From an uncultured virus (IMG/VR IMGVR_UViG_3300002460_000023) (Duplodnaviria; Heunggongvirae; Uroviricota; Caudoviricetes): DNA of 64,000 nucleotides. The DNA is taken from positions 1 through 64,000 of IMG/VR virus record IMGVR_UViG_3300002460_000023; one strand, written 5' to 3'. The notes under the pieces are model-generated. The model was not told where the DNA came from. It was given only the letters and a program-made list of their open reading frames with translations, and did no database searches. How positions within the stretch are numbered: the stretch's first letter is position 1; the number at the start of each line of letters is the position of its first letter. This document shows, piece by piece, positions 19,006 to 28,559 of the stretch. The position numbers were made by a program, and so were the translations under genes.

Positions 19006-19731
19006 TCATGTTTGCATCCGATGCCCAGCTACATCTTCGACGTTGTACATACGTGCAAGAGTCTGGAGGTACGACCCAGCGTTCTGCGTTATCGTGTAGA
19101 GCCCCTTCATCATATCCTTGTTAGCACGGGCCTGTCTGATCTTCTCCTTCCACCCTAGGAACACCTTCTGCGTCTTCTCATCGGTGCATATCTCAGCCTC
19201 CACCTGGGGACCCGTGATCTGCCCAATCTCCTTGCGTTGCTTCGCGGCCATTTCCTCCTTACGTTGTTCACGTATGCGGTCTTCGGCCTCTTTGCGTTGT
19301 CCTGAAACCCAGACCTCGTAGAAGTTTTCCAACTTCTCCAATTCGGAGGAAGCCTCAGTTGCCGCCACCAGGAACGTGGCACTGTAGAACGCGCAACGAC
19401 TCATATGCTTGGCAAGCTCTTCTCGGTTGAAGCGCTTCCGGGCGTTGTCCCACCGCAGCGCATAAACTTCGTCGATGGCCTGCTTGAACTGCCTCTCCCC
19501 GATCTTTACATCCACAACGATCATTGCGTCATCGGGGTTCATGCTGAACATTTCAAGATCGGTCAGCATCGCCAAGTGCTGTCCCAAGTCCTTAGAGGCC
19601 CCCTGTGCTTCCGACGGCTTCACATAAGGAGCTGCGGTCTCTGGCGCACGCGGGGTCTGGGCTACTAATACCTTCTTGACGGGCCGCTTAACGGGCGATG
19701 CTGACGGACGGCTGACTGGCACCTTAGGCAT
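19006..19731 (-). CDS. UvsY-like recombination mediator (helical)
   Basis: SD GGAGG before MPKVP; coiled coil with ITGPQVEAEI; lies between PolA and SSB. Confidence 0.5.
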   Translation of the reverse strand: MPKVPVSRPSASPVKRPVKKVLVAQTPRAPETAAPYVKPSEAQGASKDLGQHLAMLTDLEMFSMNPDDAMIVVDVKIGERQFKQAIDEVYALRWDNARKRFNREELAKHMSRCAFYSATFLVAATEASSELEKLENFYEVWVSGQRKEAEDRIREQRKEEMAAKQRKEIGQITGPQVEAEICTDEKTQKVFLGWKEKIRQARANKDMMKGLYTITQNAGSYLQTLARMYNVEDVAGHRMQT

Positions 19732-19777
19732 CTTAGCGTATTCCTCCGGTTGGGGCTGCAATAACCTGTTACGCCCA

Positions 19778-22261
19778 TCAGGCGGCCACCCGCAACGGCT
19801 TCGCCCCGAGCCTGTCGAGTATGGCACAGTCGGCCTTAATCGGAACTACAGTCCCAAGATCGCCACACCCATCTGTCATTATGCTGAGCACCTGCTGGGC
19901 AACTTCATCGGCATAACGTTCTTGACACTCAACCACGATGTTGTCGTGAACATTCAGTAGGGGATAGGCTATCCGGGAGTCCAGCTCTCTGTGACACCGG
20001 CTAAAGGCACGGTTTGTAATGTCGCCAGCGGTACCTTGGATTCCTGAATTTATTGCTTGATTCTCTGCGTGCTTACGCACGCCGTCGTCTGTATCATTGA
20101 TACCTAGAATACGCCGCTTGCGCCCGAAGTATGTTTCCACGTAACCGTGTTCACGGGCAAACTGCACGACGTCTTGCATCCACGGGCGTACTGCTCTGAA
20201 CCGTCTGAAGTAACTATCAATGAAACTGGCACAGTCCTCAACGGTATACTTCGCAGCCATTTCGGCTACTCTATCCAACCGAGTGTCGCCAAACACGATA
20301 GTTCCATAGAGTGTGTCTGGCCCCACCATGTACATCACGCTGAAGTTTACCGTCTTGCCGATGTTCCGTTGGTCCTTCGTTACGACGTCAACGGGCACGC
20401 GAAATATCTCAGAGGCTGTACCCTTGTGCAGGTCGGCCCCGGTTAGATAAGAAGACAGCATCAGTGGATCGCGTGTATAGTACGCCAGAACTCTCAGCTC
20501 TATCTGGCTAAGGTCGCTTGAGATAAACACACAGCCGGGCCTGGGAATGAACATTTGCTTCACCAGTCCGGCGTATGGGTTATCATCGGCACTACGTGGT
20601 ATGTTCTGCAAGTTGGGCTTGGCACAGCTCAACCGGCCAGTACGCGTCCCGTGCTGCAAGAAGCTTGGGTGCAGAACCCAATTGTAGTGCTTACCCAGCA
20701 TTCCAGTGATGTAGGTACTGTCAATCTTCTTGACTTGTGCGTATTCAAGCAGCGCACCTACGATTGTTCTAGCATCATCACTGGTATTAGGCTTCAACGC
20801 GATAGTTATCAGCGTTTGCTTGTCTGTAGGCAGTTGCCCACCCGGCGTCCTTAGAATCTCACTGGAGCGCGCGTGCTTCGTTAGCGGCTTTACCGCCATG
20901 CTTTCATAAAGAAGACGCTGAGTTTGCTGCCCACTATCTGGGTTAAACTCGTGCCAGCCATACCTACCGGCAACTTCTAGGATAACACGGGTAACCCTAT
21001 CAGCATCCTCGCGAAGCTTGATAGCCGTCTTAACAAGATGGCTTTTGTCAATGGTGATACCGGTGTGCTCTGCGCGAGCCAGCGCCTCCATCGTAGGCAT
21101 CACAATGTCGTTGTAGAGCCCTGTCAGCTTTGGCTGCTTATTGAGCAGTGCACGATGTCTCAGTGCCAGTTGTAAGGTAGCATCAGCATCACCACAAGCA
21201 TAGGGACCCAAGACGCCGAGCGACTGCTTGCCGAACGCTATCTCCTCGTCGTCGGCCTTGCGCTTACCGACGCCGGTAGCGTTATACATTTCGCTCTTGT
21301 AGCCCGCCATGTGGGGCAGATAACGACTCGTCAGGATGTCCAAACCAAACCCGCCAACTTCAGAGTCTAATGTATGCTCTGCGAGCATGGTGTCTAGAAC
21401 ATGGTTGGTTGGCCACACACTGAATGCTCGCTGGCAGAGCTGCGCGTCAAACTTCAAGTTATGCCCCGCCTTCCTAGCGGGTGACGTTAGCGTAGCCGCT
21501 ATCTCTGCATAGAGCTTCCTCGCAAAGACATGACGTTCAATCATCGAGGGCCGCACCCAACCGCTAGCCGGACTCCAGCTCCATAGAGGTATATAACAGG
21601 CGTCACCGGGTTTAGCACAAAAAGAAATACCGACGCACCAAGCGTCAGGAGTGACGTCGGTTGCCTCGGTGTCGTACGCCCACGCGGGGAGGCCTTGCAG
21701 CCTACGAAGTTCCCGCATAGCTTCTTCGAAGTCTGTTATGATCCGATAGCTTTTCTCTGTGCGTAGAACGTCATACTTGCCGCGTGCCATGTCCAGAGCG
21801 GTACGAATATCGTTTATAATGATCTGCGTGTTAGCCGGATTGCGTAACGCGAAGGCCGGGTGGTAGGTGGGAACCATCAACCCCCACTGTGTCTTAATCA
21901 ACCGACCTCGGTGTTTGCTTATACCCGCGCTCTTGGCCCCACCATAGCCCATGAGCTTGCCAAGAGCTGTGTTACCCATCGGGATGACAACTTTTAACTG
22001 ACCCTTGTACTGGTCAAGTATATTCATCATGATGGGAGCACAGCAGTTTACTTCCACACGGTCTAGCTTGTTGTTCGGGGGCCTGCACTGAACTGTGTTC
22101 ACCAATATAACGTCTGTTTCCCTGTCTAACCCAACCTCACGAAGGATGGCGTTAAGTAATTCCCCCGACCGCCCTACAAGTACACGGCCAAGTCGTTCCT
22201 CATCGGCTCCAGGGGCTTCACACACGAACGCAACCCAAGCGGTCTTAGGTAAGTGCGGCAT
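19778..22261 (-). CDS. polA: DNA polymerase A with N-terminal family-4 uracil-DNA glycosylase domain (SPO1-type architecture)
   Basis: UDG: EAPGADEE, CRPPNN, TYHPA; exonuclease: DTE, HNLKFD, YACGDA; polymerase: TRTGRLS..PNLQNIP, DLSQIELR, KTVNF, VHD. Confidence 0.95.
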   Translation of the reverse strand: MPHLPKTAWVAFVCEAPGADEERLGRVLVGRSGELLNAILREVGLDRETDVILVNTVQCRPPNNKLDRVEVNCCAPIMMNILDQYKGQLKVVIPMGNTALGKLMGYGGAKSAGISKHRGRLIKTQWGLMVPTYHPAFALRNPANTQIIINDIRTALDMARGKYDVLRTEKSYRIITDFEEAMRELRRLQGLPAWAYDTEATDVTPDAWCVGISFCAKPGDACYIPLWSWSPASGWVRPSMIERHVFARKLYAEIAATLTSPARKAGHNLKFDAQLCQRAFSVWPTNHVLDTMLAEHTLDSEVGGFGLDILTSRYLPHMAGYKSEMYNATGVGKRKADDEEIAFGKQSLGVLGPYACGDADATLQLALRHRALLNKQPKLTGLYNDIVMPTMEALARAEHTGITIDKSHLVKTAIKLREDADRVTRVILEVAGRYGWHEFNPDSGQQTQRLLYESMAVKPLTKHARSSEILRTPGGQLPTDKQTLITIALKPNTSDDARTIVGALLEYAQVKKIDSTYITGMLGKHYNWVLHPSFLQHGTRTGRLSCAKPNLQNIPRSADDNPYAGLVKQMFIPRPGCVFISSDLSQIELRVLAYYTRDPLMLSSYLTGADLHKGTASEIFRVPVDVVTKDQRNIGKTVNFSVMYMVGPDTLYGTIVFGDTRLDRVAEMAAKYTVEDCASFIDSYFRRFRAVRPWMQDVVQFAREHGYVETYFGRKRRILGINDTDDGVRKHAENQAINSGIQGTAGDITNRAFSRCHRELDSRIAYPLLNVHDNIVVECQERYADEVAQQVLSIMTDGCGDLGTVVPIKADCAILDRLGAKPLRVAA

Positions 22262-22339
22262 TACGGGATGCTGCCCGTAAAGCCTGCATGAGGGACATTG
22301 CGGCCAGTAGAAGGTTCAGCGCCCCTTTCTCTGGTGAAC

Positions 22340-22355
22340 GGGTGGGTACCGAATC
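22340..22355 (-). repeat. 16-bp intergenic repeat, copy 1 (GATTCGGTACCCACCC on minus strand)
   Basis: Identical to 29201-29216. Confidence 0.8.
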
Positions 22356-22373
22356 GTGTTCGCGGGTCTACAT

Positions 22374-22414
22374 AAAAAACAAACGAGGCTGGGCAGAATA
22401 CCCAACCTCGTTTG
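22374..22414 (-). terminator. Rho-independent terminator after the H1-like gene
   Basis: CAAACGAGGTTGGG-loop-CCCAGCCTCGTTTG followed by a T tract. Confidence 0.85.
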
Positions 22415-22437
22415 CTACCCGATCTGCCCTCCAGGCT

Positions 22438-23115
22438 CTAGCCAGCGGCCTTCTTGGCAGCCACTTTCTTGGCAGGCGAAGCCTTCTTGGCCGGGGCCGC
22501 CTTCTTGGCAGGCGAAGCAGCTTTCTTTGCCGTAGCCTTCTTGGCGCCCTTCACCCCGACGGGGGGGCCGGGCCGCGTGCTGGGCGGCAGGTCTTCGACC
22601 TTCATGCTGGCGAGGGCCCTGGCCGAGGAGACGATCTCGGAGATGAACTGCTTAATAAGGACAGCGTCGCTGCCCCGGTACTTGTACTTCTTTCCGACGG
22701 TCCCCTCGAACCCGGCGCCCTTGGCAGTGATGTCCTTCAGCGGAGTGTGCATGTACACACTCTTGGGCCGGGGGTAGATCGTGGCGAGCCGGAACGTGCG
22801 GCCGTGCACTTCTCGCCAGAAGGAAACCCCGGTAGCCTTGTTCCGCCGTTCGACGGCAAACTTGCCCAGAGCTTTCTCGAAGTCACCGACTACCTGTGCG
22901 TTCAGATCAACAGGCGCCTTCTTGCGTTCGCTGGCCGGTTTCTTCACCACCGCCTTCTTAGCGGGGTTCTTCACCGCGGCCTTCTTTGCCGGGTTCTTCA
23001 CCGCCGCTTTCTTCGCCACCGCCTTCTTAGCCGGTGAAGCGGCCGGAGCGGCGGCCGGTGCGGGTTCTGCGGCAGCAGGCTCTGCGCTTGCCGCAGCGGT
23101 TGTCTCTTCTGACAT
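22438..23115 (-). CDS. Histone H1-like Lys/Ala-rich DNA-binding protein with a central globular domain
   Basis: PAKKAAVKN and PAKKA repeats at both ends; SD GAGGGGG; own terminator. Confidence 0.75.
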   Translation of the reverse strand: MSEETTAAASAEPAAAEPAPAAAPAASPAKKAVAKKAAVKNPAKKAAVKNPAKKAVVKKPASERKKAPVDLNAQVVGDFEKALGKFAVERRNKATGVSFWREVHGRTFRLATIYPRPKSVYMHTPLKDITAKGAGFEGTVGKKYKYRGSDAVLIKQFISEIVSSARALASMKVEDLPPSTRPGPPVGVKGAKKATAKKAASPAKKAAPAKKASPAKKVAAKKAAG

Positions 23116-23184
23116 ACTAAGACCCCCTCTTAGATGGTTATCCTACACTTTGGCTAGAAGCTCACGTAACCGTATACGCGGGTT

Positions 23185-25032
23185 CTACGCCAGTTCCACG
23201 TCCTCTTCAGCAACTGCGTAGACGTTGCCGTCAGCCGACTGGATCAACAGCTTGCCTGCTTCGTCGTAGCCATTGACGGTGTACACTGCCCCATCACCCT
23301 CAGCCGGGACGGTAACGGTCTTGCCTTCCCACCCGGCTTCCTCCGCTGGGTCTTCTTCCGGCAGGTCTTCTTCCGCAGGCGCCTCGGCAGCCTTCTCGAT
23401 CACGTGCAGGCCATCCAGGCTGACCACGTAGTCCGTGTCACTGCTGTCCCTGATTGTTGCCGTCCCGTCTTCATTAAGACCAGCCACGGTGCACACGTCG
23501 TGCTCGCCGTAGTCGTTGTGCCAGACCGTGTCACCCTCAGCAGGTCCCGCAACTTCGACGGGTTCCGGCTCCGGCTCGGGTTCCGGCTCGGGCTCGGCCA
23601 CAGCCGCAACAGCCTCTGCCAACCGACAGCCCTCCAGGGGCACGGTGTAGTCGTTGGCCCCGTCAGTTACCGTAGCCGTCTTGCCCTTGATCGCCTTGAC
23701 CTCGTAGACGGTACCCTCAGACGGGGTGCCGTCGTCCTCGGCACATGTGACGGAAACGCCAACCGCCACGGAAGGCTCTGCCACAACCGCCTTCTTGGCT
23801 GGAGCTTTCTTGGCCGGGGCCTTCTTGGCAGGGGCGGCAGGGGTCGCTGGAGCAGTCGGGGCGACTGTTGCCTTCTTTGCTGTAGGAGCCTTGGGGGCTT
23901 CCTTGGCCGGGGCTTTCTTTGCCACCGCTTTCTTGGCGGGGGCGGCTTCCGGAACAGGTTGTACGCTGCTGGCTTCCACGTCGTACGGGGAGCCATCAGC
24001 GGCGACAATCCTCAACGTGGAACCGTCTACCGACTCTACCGAGTAAACAGCACCATCCCCTTCAGCAGGGATGGTGACCTGCTTACCCACGAGACTTGAC
24101 CCAAGCACAGACTGCACGCCCGGATCAGCGCCATCATCCTTCTCCATAAGATCGACCCCCTCTTCGTAGCGCGCTTTGTAGTTGGCGTACATCGCCTTGA
24201 GGAGTGTCTCCTTCGTGAGACCATCCTCACTCTCAACTGCCACGCCAAACTCGGTGTGCCAGTTTTCAGAGAGCAAGTCCTGGAGTGTGTGCGCCTGCCA
24301 GCACTCACAGAACTTTTCTTGGGTCAACGGCCCATCGGTAACTGCCATGTACCGTCCTCCAGTGAGGCGTTTGTGGAAGCCAAACGGTAACCCCGGTGCG
24401 ACCTTCCCTTCGCTGTCCAAATACGCAAGAAGGGTTATGAATGGTGCCACCCTCGCTAGCCCTACACACATGCGAACTGCCGATAACCCGTGCATTACAA
24501 CTCGGTGTACATGCTTGTAAGAAAGCCCAAGCTCTACTGCTAATTCCCTTATTTCGTCAGCGCCTTTCCAGTACCTGTCGAACACTTGCAAGTAGTCGGG
24601 CATATAGAGAAGCATCGCAAACCGCGCGAGCATTACTGCCCTTGTATGCTTAATATACACGGCCTCATGGGTCTCGGCAAGGGTAAAGTTGTGCTCCAAC
24701 CAAGCGTATCCCCGGCCTTTGCGTTCCAGCTCATCACCAATGCCACCCGGAGTTGTAGACCTGTGTATAGTGCGCACGCCTGCCTCTGTCTTTCTTATCT
24801 CGTCCAAGACAGCGTTCTTCATACAGACCAGCGCGAAGTGCTCAAATGGGTAGCGGTCCTCATGCCTAAAATGCTGGAAGGCATGCCAAAGGCCAACCCC
24901 CGCGATTGCTGCAAAGTCTTCACGTGTGTTCAGCCCGGTACGGTCCTTGGGGAGTCGTATTCTATAGCGTAGTTGGTTGAACATTCTGCTGTATTCACGT
25001 TCAAACGCTGGCCCACTTACAGGCAATTTCAC
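23185..25032 (-). CDS. Sigma-70-like domain fused in frame to an acidic repeat protein (internal start at 24348)
   Basis: Region-2-like REDFAAIAGVGLWHAFQHF...FEHFALVCMKNAVLDEIRK; region-4-like IRELAVELGLSYKHV; four SH3-like repeats; internal GGAGG then ATG. Confidence 0.7.
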   Translation of the reverse strand: MKLPVSGPAFEREYSRMFNQLRYRIRLPKDRTGLNTREDFAAIAGVGLWHAFQHFRHEDRYPFEHFALVCMKNAVLDEIRKTEAGVRTIHRSTTPGGIGDELERKGRGYAWLEHNFTLAETHEAVYIKHTRAVMLARFAMLLYMPDYLQVFDRYWKGADEIRELAVELGLSYKHVHRVVMHGLSAVRMCVGLARVAPFITLLAYLDSEGKVAPGLPFGFHKRLTGGRYMAVTDGPLTQEKFCECWQAHTLQDLLSENWHTEFGVAVESEDGLTKETLLKAMYANYKARYEEGVDLMEKDDGADPGVQSVLGSSLVGKQVTIPAEGDGAVYSVESVDGSTLRIVAADGSPYDVEASSVQPVPEAAPAKKAVAKKAPAKEAPKAPTAKKATVAPTAPATPAAPAKKAPAKKAPAKKAVVAEPSVAVGVSVTCAEDDGTPSEGTVYEVKAIKGKTATVTDGANDYTVPLEGCRLAEAVAAVAEPEPEPEPEPEPVEVAGPAEGDTVWHNDYGEHDVCTVAGLNEDGTATIRDSSDTDYVVSLDGLHVIEKAAEAPAEEDLPEEDPAEEAGWEGKTVTVPAEGDGAVYTVNGYDEAGKLLIQSADGNVYAVAEEDVELA

Positions 25033-25055
25033 TTGGGGACCCCCACAAGGGCGCT

Positions 25056-26603
25056 CTACGCAGCGGAGCGAATGTCGAGTCGGCTGACGCCCGACGGGTC
25101 ATCCACGTTCTGAAAGTCTCTATCCGCTATCGTAAGTGTTGACACTTCAATAGGCATGCGCACAACAACATCGTCACCGGCTTCACCATCACGCTGCTTA
25201 CCGATGATGATGTCCAGCAAACCGTGATCAGGGCAATGCAGTAGAAACACGTTGTCGCATACTTCTTCCCAAGCACCGCTACCCTTAATGGTATTAAGGC
25301 TTGGCCTACCATCGTCGTTAAACTTGGCATCACGGTTTATCTGTGCCAGCATCATGACGTGGCACTTTGCTCGCTGTGCAAACGATGAAGCTCTAACAAG
25401 AAGCTCGTGTATACAGTAAGCCTTATCAGCCTGTTTTGCTTCACGGACCTCCATCAACCTATCCATTAGATCAACGAAGATCACGTGCGTCTGAAACCCA
25501 GCGTGTGCATCCTTTGTAACTTGACGTTCGACGTCAGACCAGGAAACGTCCCGTCGAGCCATTACACTGAAGTTCCATTCGTTGCTGTAAACCTGCCCGT
25601 TAGCATTCAATATCTTCTTTATTCGTGGGTCACCCGGGGGCCAACTGCGCACCCCTTTGACTTCAGACAAGGGTATACCTGTGAATATAGCGTCCAGTCT
25701 ATCCATTTCCCGGTCAAACCCCTGTTCAGGCGTTACGCTCTGCACGCCAAACCCGGCGTTACAGAGGTTCTTTACGAGATTAGCCTTCAAGGTTGACTTG
25801 AATGTTGAGGGTCTACCCGCTAAAACACTGATACCGCCGCTGAAAAACGGGTCGATGACCTTCCTGTCAAGGGCGCTATAGCCCGTGAAGATGGGGGTCG
25901 CCTGCACACGGCGTATAATACCTTCACGACGACGTTTTACAATGGCAGACCCTCGGTAAGCCATTGCCTCTTCCGTTCGCCCACCCGAGCTGCGAAGGCG
26001 TATGTTGGCAATGTCTTCCTCTAGTTCTGCAAGGGTTACTTCTACGTCCTGCGTGTAGTCGTGCAGCCGTGCGTGTCTAGTTTGTAAAGTTTCAGCAACT
26101 GCCCGTCTTCGCCATGCTGTTAACACTAGCTCTGCATGGAACTTAGCATTCATTGCTGTGTACATCTCTCCAGCGCGGCTAGTAACCTCAACAGAAATAT
26201 CACGGTCCAAATCTTCTGCCTGGACACCAGAACGCGCGGTAGACCGAAGCAGCGTTCGCAGCCGTTCGGTGACCGTGAGCACGTCTATTGGGACGCCCAT
26301 ATCGGCTAGTTCAAGGATAGCCCCATAGATGCGTCTATTCCAAAAGCTGTAGAACAGGTTACTGTCAGGCAGGACTTGCCTTACTTCCAGAAGGCAGGCT
26401 TCCTGTATCAACACAGCCCCAATGACGGCGCTTTCTATTTTCGTAGCTGTTTGTAGCTGGATAGCTCCAGCGTTGAGAGTTGGTGTCACTGCTGCTTGCT
26501 GATGCTCCTGGGGCCTTACGTCAGTAAGTTTCCTCAGGTCTGTTGTAGAAGCTTCAGCCCTGTTAAACCGAATTGGGGCGATACCCCCGGCGTTCTCCGC
26601 CAC
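25056..26603 (-). CDS. dnaB: DnaB-like replicative helicase
   Basis: IESAVIGAVL, IDVLTV, TGYSALD, AGRPSTFKS, IFVD, LAQINR, GSGAWE, KQRDG. Confidence 0.9.
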   Translation of the reverse strand: MAENAGGIAPIRFNRAEASTTDLRKLTDVRPQEHQQAAVTPTLNAGAIQLQTATKIESAVIGAVLIQEACLLEVRQVLPDSNLFYSFWNRRIYGAILELADMGVPIDVLTVTERLRTLLRSTARSGVQAEDLDRDISVEVTSRAGEMYTAMNAKFHAELVLTAWRRRAVAETLQTRHARLHDYTQDVEVTLAELEEDIANIRLRSSGGRTEEAMAYRGSAIVKRRREGIIRRVQATPIFTGYSALDRKVIDPFFSGGISVLAGRPSTFKSTLKANLVKNLCNAGFGVQSVTPEQGFDREMDRLDAIFTGIPLSEVKGVRSWPPGDPRIKKILNANGQVYSNEWNFSVMARRDVSWSDVERQVTKDAHAGFQTHVIFVDLMDRLMEVREAKQADKAYCIHELLVRASSFAQRAKCHVMMLAQINRDAKFNDDGRPSLNTIKGSGAWEEVCDNVFLLHCPDHGLLDIIIGKQRDGEAGDDVVVRMPIEVSTLTIADRDFQNVDDPSGVSRLDIRSAA

Positions 26604-26605
26604 TT

Positions 26606-27298
26606 TCAGATCCTCACAGACGTGTTATACCTAAGAAGACGCACCGCAAGCCGTCCGCCTAACACCGCACCTAGTTTCTCCGGTGATATATTACCCGTGA
26701 ATATGCTAGGATACACACTACCCGCACGTGCTTCCAAGAGTGTTGTCATCTGCTCACGAGCATAGTCACTATCTGACTCGCTACCAACATCATCCAGGAC
26801 AAATATAGCCGACTTATACGCCCGTGCTTCCCATACCCTGCTCACGCTATCATCAGTCTGCCCACGGCGCTTGGACACGTATGTCGCCGCGTGTAGAAAG
26901 AATGGGTCACCTAATCCCTCAACAAAGTCACAAGCGGACAGCATCGTCAGAACAGCCAGCGTTGTTTTTCCGGTGTTATGTTCACCCCAAAAGTAAAAGC
27001 CCCCGGCGTGTGCAAGGCCGTGGGCTTGAACCTTTGTGTACCAAGGTTCCCAGACAGACAAGAAGCTGCTTATTGTGGCATCTGGCTTAGGCAGAAATCT
27101 GCGTGCATCTCTCAACGTTTCCAAACTTCGATACCGGTTTGGCACCCCAGCAACTGAATACCACATCTGCGCTTTGTTGTGACGCAACCGCTGCAAGTCT
27201 TCAGTTGCCGAGACAGGCTCTGAGCTATACCTCTTCGATAGCCGTAACCAAGTCTCTCTGTCTACAAAGCTTTCTTCCTGTGTTAGCATCATGCCCAT
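26606..27298 (-). CDS. DnaC/IstB-like helicase loader ATPase
   Basis: GVPNRY, GEHNTGKT, VLDDVGSE, LLEAR, TGN. Confidence 0.85.
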   Translation of the reverse strand: MGMMLTQEESFVDRETWLRLSKRYSSEPVSATEDLQRLRHNKAQMWYSVAGVPNRYRSLETLRDARRFLPKPDATISSFLSVWEPWYTKVQAHGLAHAGGFYFWGEHNTGKTTLAVLTMLSACDFVEGLGDPFFLHAATYVSKRRGQTDDSVSRVWEARAYKSAIFVLDDVGSESDSDYAREQMTTLLEARAGSVYPSIFTGNISPEKLGAVLGGRLAVRLLRYNTSVRI

Positions 27299-28248
27299 CC
27301 ACTACGTCCGTTGCTTTCTCCAGGACTAGACGCAAGATAGCCAAGCCATTGTCGCAAGCCACCACCATGATAGTCCTGCACCCGCATACGAACGGTGTCG
27401 GCAGAGGCAACCTGCAATGCGGCTTTTATACTCTGAACGGGAAAGTCGAAGCCGGATGGATAGCCAAATGATTGAGGATCAGTGAAGCTCTCATTGGCCA
27501 ACAGCGTGTGAAAACAGATGCGCACGTCTTCATCAAGCTCCTTGAGCCGGGTTCCGTACTGCATGAAGCTAGACAAGGCGGTACCGGCTACCCCACGCTG
27601 GCCCTTCAGAAATGGCAAGACCTTGTCAAGCCACCCACGAGAAGAACCGCCCAGCCAATACGAAAGCCAGACGGTGTAGTCCGAGATCGAAGATTCAGAA
27701 GTTTCCAGAAACTTGCTGACACGCCAGAAACGGGTTCGCTGTTCCTTGTCGCCCTGATCCATTACTACACTAAGCCTGTTCTTCAGGACACCAGCAAAGA
27801 CTAGCATTAACCCATCGTACGCAGGGTCCTTACCCGGTGAGGGCCCTACAGCGTCCTTGCTGCGTCTTACACGTGGCTTAAGCTGTCGCAGACCGAGTGG
27901 TCGGGGGGCAACACTCGGCCCGTGTAGAGCTGGCTTATACTCGTAGCGGACGGGTTGTGGAAGCAAAACAAAGGCGTCGCTTGCGTAAAAGTAATACTCA
28001 AGCTCCAAACCCATGTTGCCCCGACGCTGCAACGAGTAGCCTACTAAACCCAGCCTTCGAAGCGCCTCCACATCTGTTTGCAATTCCCTCAACGTGTAAA
28101 GCCTACCCAGCTCCCTCGAAAGGGGTCCCGTGACACCAATAGCAGGAATCTTCATTATGGCAGTACTGGACCCCCAAGGCTTTGGCCCTAATGCAGCACT
28201 TGGGTTCTGCACGGTCAACCTAGCCAGAAAACACAGAAGTTCCGTCAT
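27289..28248 (-). CDS. Hypothetical protein, candidate replication initiator
   Basis: First gene of the unit continuing into dnaC-like and dnaB; positional inference only. Confidence 0.45.
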   Translation of the reverse strand: MTELLCFLARLTVQNPSAALGPKPWGSSTAIMKIPAIGVTGPLSRELGRLYTLRELQTDVEALRRLGLVGYSLQRRGNMGLELEYYFYASDAFVLLPQPVRYEYKPALHGPSVAPRPLGLRQLKPRVRRSKDAVGPSPGKDPAYDGLMLVFAGVLKNRLSVVMDQGDKEQRTRFWRVSKFLETSESSISDYTVWLSYWLGGSSRGWLDKVLPFLKGQRGVAGTALSSFMQYGTRLKELDEDVRICFHTLLANESFTDPQSFGYPSGFDFPVQSIKAALQVASADTVRMRVQDYHGGGLRQWLGYLASSPGESNGRSGWA

Positions 28249-28525
28249 TGCTATCTATCCTAGATGGTGGCGTGTGCACGGTACTTTGCACGGCGAAGGC
28301 CCGTTGCCCCCGCTGGTTTCACCAACCGTTAAGGAAGGCGGCGGGTATTCCATAGCCTATCCGGGGCGGAGGCCATCCATGAATCACCCGGTTACCCCTG
28401 CCCTTTACGGGACACACACGCCTCGTAGAGTCCTTCTGGAAGAGGCAGCCCTGACGGGCACAAGCTACCTCCCGTCAGGGCTCCCAGGGTACGCCTGCCT
28501 TCCACCACAGGCTTAGTACCCCCTA

Positions 28526-28554
28526 ACTATACGGCAACAATTTTCAGGTGGCAA
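28526..28554 (-). promoter_or_regulatory. Sigma70-type promoter for the replication operon
   Basis: TTGCCA-17 nt-TATAGT in an intergenic region. Confidence 0.75.
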
Positions 28555-28559
28555 ATCTT

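Noticed and set aside
22438..23950. CRISPR-like or iteron repeats (gccttcttggc-type, ggctcgggttcc)
   Set aside because: They are coding repeats for AKKA and PE tracts, irregularly spaced with no spacers
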